DNA from: Phoronis australis | Lineage: Eukaryota; Animalia; Phoronida | Direction: 5' to 3' | Length of the DNA: 64,000 nt | Assembly (NCBI GenBank): GCA_002633005.1 | Contig: NMRA01001020.1 | Span: forward strand, 1-64,000 | Part shown: in pieces, positions 37,613 to 47,698 of the stretch | Position numbering within the stretch: the first letter of the stretch is position 1 | How the letters are laid out: every line of letters begins with the position of its first letter | Translations under genes and position numbers: made by a program | Notes under the pieces: generated by a model | The model's input: only the letters and a program-made list of their open reading frames with translations | What the model was told of the DNA's origin: nothing | Databases searched by the model: none

Positions 37613-37769
37613 CATGCGCGCACCCAGGGGAAAAGTCCAAGAGAAAGAGACGAAAGTCCACAATACGGCAGCACCCCGTTTTTTATTTTAGTTCTCACGC
37701 TTTTTGTTAGCAAAAGGTCCACTTTGCCAGAGATTCGAGCCCCCGTATTAGAGGCTGGGTGCGCGCATG
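37613..37769. mobile_element. CATGCGCGCACCCAG MITE, 5-bp TSD AAACG
   Basis: Perfect 15-bp TIR with AAACG on both sides. Confidence 0.9.
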
Positions 37770-38048
37770 AAACGTCTACACAAATTGCACCCAATGCAGC
37801 TCCTGGTTTAAACGCGGGCTTCTTTTTCAAAGTTTGGTCAGGTATAAATAACGCCACAAACATGGAGGTTCACTGAAACACGTCTACCTTACAGATGTGA
37901 CAATCCCTAGCCACGGAAAACTTGAGAGGCCGACAAAAATACTAATGATGAAATACCGGTGATGATAATCATCCACTTTGTTAATTTACTTCACCTACAC
38001 AATTGGAAATAGCCGCTAAAATGAAACTCATTCGAGTAAGCACCACGT

Positions 38049-38188
38049 CATGCGCGCACTCAGAGGGGGGGTTCGAGCCCCCCCCATTTCGCGAAGTGGG
38101 GAAAAAGGTCTGCCCGCTCTCTTGTTAACAACAGGTCCATAACGTCAGGAATTCGAGCGCCCCATTTTGAAGACTGGGTGCGCGCATG
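38049..38188. mobile_element. CATGCGCGCACCCAG MITE, 5-bp TSD CACGT
   Basis: TIR with one mismatch and CACGT on both sides. Confidence 0.9.
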
Positions 38189-38684
38189 CACGTGAGTCCC
38201 TGGACAGCCCCAATATGGTAGAACCCAAGGAGCTCAAGTCGGGGTTAAATCAGGATGGGCATAAATAAGGAAATTTACTGTATCAACAGATTAGACAAAT
38301 AAGAATAAGATACAAAGCATTGATACAGTGTACACGCGCACAATAACTGGGTCTATCATTTTCCCGCCGCAAGCGATTGAACCAATCGGATCACCAATGG
38401 CGCAAACCTTTCGAAAACAAGCCTGATTTTTAGGGAGTCTGTTACTGCTCTTTATATTTTCAAAACTTTAATTTGTTATAGTTAATTTATTTGCTGTGCA
38501 CCTCAATGAGACCAGTTCATATATATGCATTTAACACGATTAATACATTGTAAAACCATAGATTATGCACTATCAACATGAGACAAAAACAGTACACCCC
38601 TTTATTAAAAAATGGGTTAAAGGTTAGAAACAAAGGACGAGAGCGTAGACAAGTTTCCATCACTTGCAACGTCGATTTTTTACG

Positions 38685-39001
38685 ATGGACGTTGGAGAAG
38701 AACATCAGTCTGGTGACAGCAACACGGAATCGCACGAAGGCGATGATTTTCGAAATTTGATTCGTTGTGTTGTTTGTCATTTTTTCCTACAGTTCAGGAT
38801 TATTTGTGGATACAGGAACAAGAACTGAACGATGCAGGGTTCGTGACAACGTTGGTGAACGGTAATATCTATCTAAGGTGTTACAACTGTCATCGATATT
38901 GTCATCTCCTCTGTTTTCATCCAACCTTCCCAGATGAAAACTTGAATGAAGAGGACCTTCAGTACTTGAGTGAGCATGGTATACTGTGTGATTTATGTTG
39001 A
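38685..39001 (+). CDS. Small intronless PHD-type (C4HC3) zinc-finger protein, about 105 aa, with one frameshift in a T run
   Basis: MDVGEEHQSGDSNTESHEGDDFRNLIRCVVCHF joins, by adding one T at 38780-38785, to FPTVQDYLW...LRCYNCHRYCHLLCFHP...ILCDLC*. All eight C4HC3 ligands are present. Confidence 0.65.
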
Positions 39002-39006
39002 ATTAT

Positions 39007-39092
39007 TCAACGGTTCTTTTAAGAACCATTTCACGCTATACCTACAACCAACGGCCCTTTTAAGGGCCACTCAACACTTCCCAGAAGAACTG
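39007..39092 (+). terminator. Two histone-mRNA-type 3' stem-loops plus an HDE-like purine motif
   Basis: TCAAC-GGTTCT-TTTA-AGAACC-ATTTC (39012-39027), CCAAC-GGCCCT-TTTA-AGGGCC-ACTCA (39053-39068), and AGAAGAACTG at 39083-39092. Confidence 0.8.
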
Positions 39093-39662
39093 CTCACTTG
39101 AGAATGTTGATTTATCAACACGCTTTCGTAGTTTTCTCAGTAGGCCTATGTGAACCGTAAATCAAAAACTGTCCGATAACTATGCTGCTATTGGGCAAGC
39201 AGACGACATAAAGGGTCGGAACCGAAGTTTGAATTTTGAAATTAATTACCAGTAGCATTGCCAAAAGTACTCACAATACCAACACTTCTACTATTGAAAG
39301 ATTTTGAAGAGCGTTTCAATACCGAAATTAATATAAATTAATGTTTTTTTCGCTGTTTTGGACAGTAAAGTAGATGCAGGTATTTCTCGTCAAATTAAAA
39401 CTGACCGGAAACTGCAGCAGATAGGTCAGGAGAGGTCAACTCAGCTTGTAAGAATATGCTGGAGTTGCGAATCTGTTGTCTATAATCTATGCTTGTATGT
39501 AGTTGGAGGCCTTAGAGACATCATCCAGAAAAAATCTCAACCAATCAGCGTAAAGTGGTTCATATGACATCATCGTGGCCATGAAATTACTGGGAAGCCA
39601 CACTGCGTAACAGCTGAGTGCTATTTCTTGGACGTTCTGTACTTGTCAATCTCTGGGCTAAA

Positions 39663-39935
39663 ATGCCTCTTTGCATGGTGTGCGGTTGTAGCAATGTCAG
39701 CGACAATGTGATACATTTGCACAACTTCCCCACCGATCATGTCGTGTGCCGTGCGTGGAATAGATTTGTATCAACGACAAGGACTGGCGACAAACTTTCC
39801 TGATCGGCAAGATCTGTTTTAGGCTTGGTGCAAAGCCGTAGCCCTATACAAAATCTACAGCTTCGCGTAGATGTGGGTAAAAATGACTAAATAAAATCTG
39901 ACTCAGAAATAGTCTCATTAAAAGCTGCACCATTC
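39663..39935 (+). pseudogene. THAP-domain remnant (transposon-derived)
   Basis: MPLCMVCGCSNVSDNVIHLHNFPTDHVVCRAWNRFVSTTR, then decayed. Confidence 0.7.
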
Positions 39936-42475
39936 TTTGAGTGAGTAAACCAAATTATTTACCGGTGTTGGAAGAATTATCGTTCTACCGCTCATCTACT
40001 GCTAAAATTGAAGTGCGTTATTGTGTGTCGGCGTTTTGCCATTACGTCACCTGACCTGAACAGTTTCTTTCCCTCCCGGTTCATTCTATCAACTCTTCTT
40101 TGCTGGCTCGAGGTTGTGTACTGTCACAGCAAATTGTCCGAATTTAGAACAATCTTTACTGCTGCTGCGAAGCTGTCATCATGTCCCAAAAGAAGTCGCA
40201 AAATTTTAATACGGTACGTGCGCTTGTCACGAGTGTACTGTTTTCAAAATGATTTTCTTTGTTACACAACTCAAAAGGTGCAGAGTAATGCTAGAAAATG
40301 ACGTTTATTAGATTGTTCTTCCCGTAAACGACTGGCAACGAGCAAGGTGAGTGTCCGAATTGTCTCCCAGATTTTGCATGCACCCCAGAGGTCGGTCGTT
40401 GGCTCTGCGATATAATTTTCATAACGAGGTGACTAACACAACTCGTACCCGGCCTGTATGATATTTCGTGGTTTAACAGAGCTCAATTCACAGTGTTACC
40501 TTGATGTATATTGGCGATAGTCTTCAAACAGCTAGCTGGCTGGCTACAAAAAATCTGAAGTGTGATCACAAATTCTTATAATTGGGTATGTTTTCATGCA
40601 ATCCAGACTTTATTGGGTAGTTTTAATTTATTGCATACACTCACAATGTTGTGTTGCTATTAAATTTTCATTTTTTTTTAGGTTGACCGAGTGGCGGTGA
40701 TTAGGCTATGGGTTGCAGCATTTCAAGGCGACTTAATTTGAAAATTGAGTTTCTAATATAAAGTTTTCAATGAATTTGATTATAATTGCTTTGTACGAAA
40801 AGATCAAGCTGATATGTGTTGTAATGTTTCCAAGTATTTTGCACCAAATTAAACGGCCTATTGTTGCCTATACCAATACGGGACACACAATCGACAGCCG
40901 CCTGTATTGGAATCGTGCAGCATTCACACCTTCGGCTTCAAAGAAGTCAATGCAAAGCTCCTAACATCAAAGTATTTCTATCAAGCAAATTACTCTTTAT
41001 AATTAACATTGTGAAATTGCTGATAACAATACAGATGAAGCGATTTGTTTTTAACGGCCGTTTCGACAGCCCCAGTCACACTCCTGGGGATTCCCATATA
41101 GGCCCGTATTAGAATATGATGCTAAATAAATGAATAAAAATTCTAAAGGTAATGATTTTGATCAATTTTAATATTAACTACCATGAAATGAAAAATTAAT
41201 GTGTTGCCTTGATTTTCCACGTATTTTGCACTAAATTAAATGGCCAGTCATCGCTGATTCCAGTACTATGGAGACACAATGAAAGCCAAATTCGTGGTAA
41301 TGATGATGTCATAGACTTCGATTGGCGCGAGCGCCGTCTCAACTTTTTTTTTTGGCGCTAAATGGGGTTCGTGATGGTGTTATCGTATTGTCGAAGGCCT
41401 ACTTAATTAACGACTGGGGTATGCTATCACACAGTATTTTGATGTTTTTTATCAATAAATGTATTTTAGATGTAAAAATAGTCATTTTGGCACCATACTT
41501 GGCCTTTAAAGAATCCGTGAATGATGTGTTGACAAGATTACAAAAGACTGATCCTTGGGTGTCTACCCATTGTTTAGTCAAAGAACAACACCTAGCGGTA
41601 TAAAATCACAAAGAAGACTTGGCAAGGTCCTAGAGTCATTTCAAATAACTGCGATCATACATATGTTAATTGTTAATGTAAAATAAAACCAATCCTCGAC
41701 CCTGCTTTAGATTCTTGGCAGATCATGCTTCATGCATAAAACTGACAGCTAAGACAAGGCAACTGGTAGAAGTATGGCATTCTCTCGTTGAGTCCAACTT
41801 GTTTTGTAGTATAGTACAACAAGTTGGGCATTTATGGTGGGAGGGCCAGCTCTTTTTTGTTCGATAATTGCACTAATCTCGCATAAGATCCTATCTAGCA
41901 TGACTGGGCTGTGCTGCTGAAAATAAAAGTCGAGTAATAAATGTTTGAACATAAACCAATAGTATTTCTGATTTTCCTCATCAAATGCTGATCATGTTTA
42001 GATTTTGAATGACCAAAATCACAACAAAATACAACTGAAGTTAAGACAATCTATTCTGTCCAAACGTACCAACGCACTGGGTTTGACTGTGTTCACATGT
42101 GGTTGGTAATAAGCTTGGTAGATAATTGGCCTGCATGTTGTCATACCAGACAAAAGACTGTGCTCGGCAGTAAACCAAGGAGCTAGATAATATCAGTACC
42201 TCTCTATATCTGGTAAAAGTCACTGAACAGGATAACACCTAATGGTACACACTTGTTGAGCCTGGTCTGAACCAATGACCTGACTGGTCAAGTCCAGGTA
42301 TCAGCTCTAATTTGAGTAAGGAACACCACGGGACCAATTTCATGACCCACACCATTAAACTAAATCACAACATATTTTTTTGTGAATACACATTTATAGC
42401 ATTAGTCCGTATACAAAAATTAGTTTTAGTGAATTGTGACTTCATCAAAACATTTCAAATGAAGGTGCAATTTAC

Positions 42476-42679
42476 CACAACAGTCTTTTCGGTTCAGTAT
42501 AGTGACATCAGAAATAGAGTACACAGCTAACAGGTCCACTCTCCACCAGGGGTCCTTCTCTTCAACTGTGTGAGTACAGTAGGTGTAGTGTTGACTCAGG
42601 TCCCCATCCACAGCTTTTGAAGAAGTGTAAGAACCCATTGTGCTGGACTGTTGAGTTGGTTTGTTAGCAGCGATATTCC
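42476..42679 (-). CDS. F-type lectin domain 2, N-terminal exon
   Basis: AG/GT-bounded, 204 bp, phase 1-1: NIAANKPTQQSST...SSKAVDG...CTHTVEEKDPWWRVDL...VTILNRKDCC. With the next exon it forms the canonical HX26RXDX4R motif. Confidence 0.92.
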
Positions 42680-44544
42680 CTGAAATAAAACCACAATAAT
42701 GGAGAAGAGTTATATTTAGGGAAACAACAAAACTGAGGGAGACAATGTCTTTGACAAGAATGGTCATTAAGTACAGCGAGAAATATGAATTAGCAGTTAA
42801 CCATATAAAACACATTTTGGTAACACACAAGTCAATGCCAAGTCTGAAGAAATATCAGGAACAATCATTTTAAATTTGACATCAGTGAGTAGAAGGAAAG
42901 GTGGGAGGGAAGGATGAATAGAGATAGAGAGGCCGGTGTAGAGCAAGGGAGGGAGAGGGAGCGAGTTTTACATCTTGCTGAAATGACAATAACACTAGAA
43001 ACAAACAAACACATTTCATAATAAGAAAGCCTATACTTTTTGCTATAAAATTACATAATCAGAACATAACGTTTGAGATGTAATTTTACTTGAAGTTGCT
43101 ATCCCTGGAATAATCTTTAGTGATCTACAATTTAAACCACCATTTTGTACAGAGGAGAGCAACGGCAAACAAAAGGTCCGAAGAAGACTGACATTTGTTT
43201 TATTTCTATATGTTTTATTTTGCTATTCTCTATTTGTTTTCTAGAAGATTGTGCTTGATTGACATGACCCATGAGGTCAAGTGATGATGTAAGTTGTTTA
43301 CAATAGCACACTAGACAACATTCTAACACGTTCCAGCATATTAGTGACAAATATAGAACCAAATCAGTTTTTGGCCACAATAAGATCAAAAACCGGACGA
43401 TAGCTGCACAAATAAAGTTGTAAAGAAATTGTTGTAAATATGATCCTGATGATGTCTAATGAAAACACGAAACGTTGAATTGAACATGAACTTTTTTATT
43501 TGTGCGGCGATCGTCCGGTTTTTAATATAGAACCAGTGGTCTGGAACATTATCGAGTATATGTGTTTGTAGAATGATTGGGTAGATTCTAGAAAGTTCAA
43601 GATTGTGGTCTAAGAGGTGACAGGAACATGGATTCCACAATGTCGCAAGTGGTGCCGTGCGGTCACGCCAAGGTGATTATTTCTATAGACTCTGAGAGAT
43701 CCCAAGTCAGAGTCAGTGGAGATGACATTTTCTGAGTGTCAGTAATATATGGCCAGGCTATAGAAATTCAATTATCACCCAAGTTGTTTTTAGCTGAATG
43801 GCTCCATCGAGTTTACAGTCATTTAGCTTTTCCAACCCCGACTCAAAAGTCCTGGGACACCCTCGCATATTCCCCAGTGATAAAATATATTTCATTTACA
43901 AGAAACACAATCAAATGTAACTTTTGTCTCAAATCTGCCACTACCACATAGTTCTTGGGAGAATACATTGTTTGAGTAATGTTAATAGGTAAAAAAACTG
44001 CCATATTTGACAAAGATTAATAGGATTAAAGATGAAAAACAGGTTTTCATCATGGGATGTCATAGTACCCAGACCTAACCAAAATCAAGGACAGTCGTGT
44101 TCTTTTCAATACAACATATATGCCAACTTTCATTACGTTTTTGGCAGGATTGGCGGATAGAGAGGTGGATGACAAAAAAGACTTGAAAATCTTAAAAATG
44201 GTCACTAGGTGGAACAGAATACGTCAAATCCATCAACAAATAAAAAGGTATAGTGCATTTGCCAAATTTTATGAAAATTGATCACACAAACACGAAAAAC
44301 AAATTTTGCCACTAGAGGGCCCAGCAGTGACTGAATCAGTCCAAAATCCATTTTCTTTCTTTAGCATCACAGGAACATATTTTCTAAATCTTGCGAAGAT
44401 CCTGTAAATACAGTAGCAGACTGCAGATGCCTAGACAGAGATGATGGAAATGTGGATATGTGGGTGCATGTAACAATTTTGTAAAATTTTGGAGAGTATT
44501 CTTTAGCTGTGAGAAAACACCCTTTTAGGCGTCACTTTTCATAA

Positions 44545-45111
44545 GGGCTGTTCCAGTAAAATCTGTACGGGAGGGGGGACGGCACCTTTTTTCGAACCCA
44601 CCACCCATATTTTTCATTTATTTCTTCAGCCTACCACCCGTAATTTTTTATAAGTTTGAAATGCAACCACCCGTAATTTTTTTTGTTTGTGTGGTTGACT
44701 GCACAGGTGCTTGAGTTTATCTGTTCCTCCATAGCCACTAACGTCATTCATTACTAAGAAAACATATGTTTCTTATATATGGTGATTAGCCATCGAGAAA
44801 TTCGAGCACCTGTGGTTAAATGGTGTTACGGGCATGCCAATGAGGAGATCGGAGGGAGTGAAAAAGTCAGAGCTTTTTGCAAGTTGCATTTTTCTTTCAG
44901 TTTTTGATTCTGTGCGGATTGTTTATAAAATTTACTAAAATTACCCACCATCAAACATTTATGGCCCAATGAAACAACAACGACCTGTATTTTTTTATTT
45001 TTTTGAAGTACGACCACCAACCATTTTGAATTTAAATCAAACGCAACCACCCATAAATTTTTATTTCAGTTGCCTTCCCCCCCTCCCACACAGATTTTGC
45101 TGGAACAGCCA
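44545..45111. mobile_element. MITE with TAA TSD (PIF/Harbinger- or Zator-type), with a nested CACAGG element at 44702-44814
   Basis: TIR GGCTGTTCCAG(T/C)AAAATCTGT with TAA flanks. Nested CACAGGTGCT...AGCACCTGTG has flanks GTTGACTG/GTTAAATG. Confidence 0.8.
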
Positions 45112-46802
45112 TAATAACCTCTTCTATAGGAATACCTTTCGAGCTGACATGGCATGAATTTGGCTAACCATTATAATTATTATTATTACTATTACTACAA
45201 CAAGTGCTGTTTCAAAAGAATTTTAATGGGGTTCTTAAGTTCAACCTTAACGATAATGTGAGAAACGTTTTGATAGCTGTGGATGTAGAGTAGGCCAACT
45301 TTTTGGAAACGAGGAGGTTGAGATTTAAATTCTTGTTTAGACATGCACCAACTTCAAAAATTGATTATTTTTTAACTATTGGCAAGCTCGGAAGTGTTTG
45401 TAATACAGCTATATCCTTCTGTAGTTTGCCATGAAGAACTGAATTCAGACTATAATCTTTTACTTGGGACTTACATCTAAATGTGAGGATATCCACAATG
45501 TTATCATTTTTTGTCTCTTGCTGAAAACAAATTTCCTTCTCAAAGAACTGGGGCTCCTTCTATGATGATTTGTAACTTAGTCAAAAATTGCCTTTAGTTG
45601 AACTCTGGAGACAGGCATTTTTTCAAGAACTGGCGGCTAGTCAGCTATGGCTGCGGTCACTGTGTCATTAAAATAGCTGGTAACGGACAAACGAAACATC
45701 CAACAATTTTATGTGGAATTGACCCCCTATATTCTTAAAAGAATACAGTAAGGGATTGGTACTAGGTTTCGTTAAAAGTGTTGTATGGAACAAAAACGGC
45801 CAACGTCAAAATCAGCGATGGCTTTAAATATGCGGCGCAAGTTTTTTATGCAATGTAGCAAAGGGTTTATACACCAAATTCCCTTGTCTGCCTAAAACCA
45901 CGTATGTTGTTGACAACGAGCTGCGACACAAAAAACAGTGCCTCGTGAGACACGTGGGTTCACATCTTTTAATAGAATGTCCTATCTTTGTCTTTTTACA
46001 TATATACTTCAGACTAACGAACATTGATAAAATAACAATCGTATGGTAATTGCTATTTTAGCTTAAAAGATAATTTGAAGAGAAGTTGCATGTTTTTGTA
46101 GTCTGTGGGAATGGTCCCCTTCATAAGAAACTTGCCCCATACAGTGGTGAGACGTACTTCGTCAATAGATTTTTACTACTAAATTGGTAGACAGAACCCG
46201 TCACAATCAGAAACTTTGATCTAGCTCCTTTTGTGTGGAGCAGGTCAATTACCGCATCAGCGATGACTTCAAGGCAATAAAACACTGACTGAAATAGATC
46301 AAACTATTGTGGACTAACGGGTGATTTTTCTATGAAATTGGCTTCTGAAATTGAAGTCTCCATGAACAATTTTGTTGTGGTCATTTTTTCCCGAAGAGAT
46401 ACAATAAATTCTGGCCAAAATATGGAATTGCTTCTGTTTTGCTTACCAAGGGAAGTCTGTAATGCCAGTTACACACTTGGTTTATGACCTGTGAGCGCCA
46501 ACAAAAGATTGCAAGAACACTTCAACAATAAACTTGTAACCTGATCCTGAAAACTGCTTTCGTCTGGAGTTGAAACTGTACAGGGTACACTTCTGACTAT
46601 ACCAAGAAACCATTCGTGTTAAAAAACAATGGAAAGCACATGGGGACACATCTATAAATTAGAGCTGGACAGAATTTCATTCAAACAATCTGACATAAAA
46701 TGTAACAACTCGTTACAGTTTAGAAGAGGCCTAGCACCATCAAATTAACATTTTACGAAATTGTTACATCGTATCAGAGCATAAATGAGTGGAAAAAAGT
46801 AA

Positions 46803-47220
46803 GCATTGTACAACATGTGTAAGGACACTGTGTACAGGTCACATTATACAACATGTGTAAGGACACTGTGTACAGGTCACATTATACAACATGTGTAAGG
46901 ACACTGTGTACAGATCACATTATACAACATGTGTAAGGACACTGTGTACAGTAACACATTGTGCAACATGTGTAAGGACACTGTGTACAGTAACATTGTG
47001 CAACATGTGTAAGAACACTGTGTACAGGTCACATTATACAGCATGTGTAAGGACACTGTGTACAGATCACATTGTACAACATGTGTAAGGACACTGTGAA
47101 CAGTAACACATTGTACAACGTGTGTAAGGACACTGTGCACAGTAACACATTGTACAACATGTGTAAGGACACTGTGTACAGCAACACATTGTACAACATG
47201 TGTAAGGACACTGTGTACAG
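46803..47220. repeat. Minisatellite, about 38-40-bp unit, about 11 copies
   Basis: CATTGTACAACATGTGTAAGGACACTGTGTACAG(GTCA/TAACA) repeated in tandem. Confidence 0.95.
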
Positions 47221-47473
47221 TATGACATTTGAGGTACCTTTTCCCAAAGTTAAAGATTCTACCATACCCTGAGTCACCCTATCAAGAAATTTAAATGATC
47301 TCAGATATTCTGAAAGCGAGTTGAATGAGCATTGCGCTTGATGTGCAAAACCTGCTGTATTGGCTCTACAATTTAACTATGAAATACCTGTAATGGATCA
47401 CAAATTTTCACTTTTGTTCATTTAATTCATCCCAACCTTGATACTTTCTACCGACAAATATGCAACAACTCAC

Positions 47474-47698
47474 CGGAAGAAATCACAACACCATGAACTT
47501 GTACTTCACACAGCGCGAGGACCCCATCTTCATCGAGAATCTGTATATACAAATAGCGCCCAAACACTGGATGACTACAGGTTATACGTAGTGTGTCTCC
47601 TGTACTAGCACGTCCTGGGTAGCGACTACACTGTTGGGATGGGGCAGATGGGCTTGAGGTGTTGGTTACCTTGACAACAAAGTTATGGAGCCGCTCAC
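47474..47698 (-). CDS. F-type lectin domain 1, C-terminal exon
   Basis: AG/GT-bounded, 225 bp, phase 1-1, open: GERLHNFVVKVTNTS...GRYLYIQILDEDGVLALCEVQVHGVVISS. Confidence 0.9.

Larger units (their letters stand above)
36492..39491 (+). mobile_element. P-like non-autonomous DNA transposon (3.0 kb), 7-bp TSD, with THAP remnant and cargo
   Basis: CATAGACTATAG...CTATAATCTATG with CTTGTAT on both flanks. The paralog has the empty site at about 48512. THAP start MVGCCVAGCS...GVSFH......W at about 36642-36745. Confidence 0.88.
35003..43527. repeat. Lectin duplication unit B (paralog about 46472-51015)
   Basis: Collinear similarity: 35003-36491 vs 46472-48518; 41528-43527 vs 48948-51015. Confidence 0.92.

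Noticed and set aside
38578-38792. Spliced model joining ORF 38578 to the AG at about 38792
   Set aside because: It would drop the first CxxC pair, whereas a 1-nt homopolymer repair from ATG 38685 gives a full C4HC3 finger. Not fully excluded without RNA data.
42680-42830. Hydrophobic N-terminal extension of the lectin ORF as a signal peptide
   Set aside because: It lies upstream of a strong AG acceptor and is frame-broken by a 1-nt indel in the paralog, so it is intronic.
46803-47277. Repeat array as a CRISPR or a Cys-rich repeat protein
   Set aside because: Units are contiguous with no unique spacers and there are no cas genes. The context is a eukaryotic intron, and the ORFs only reflect the repeat.
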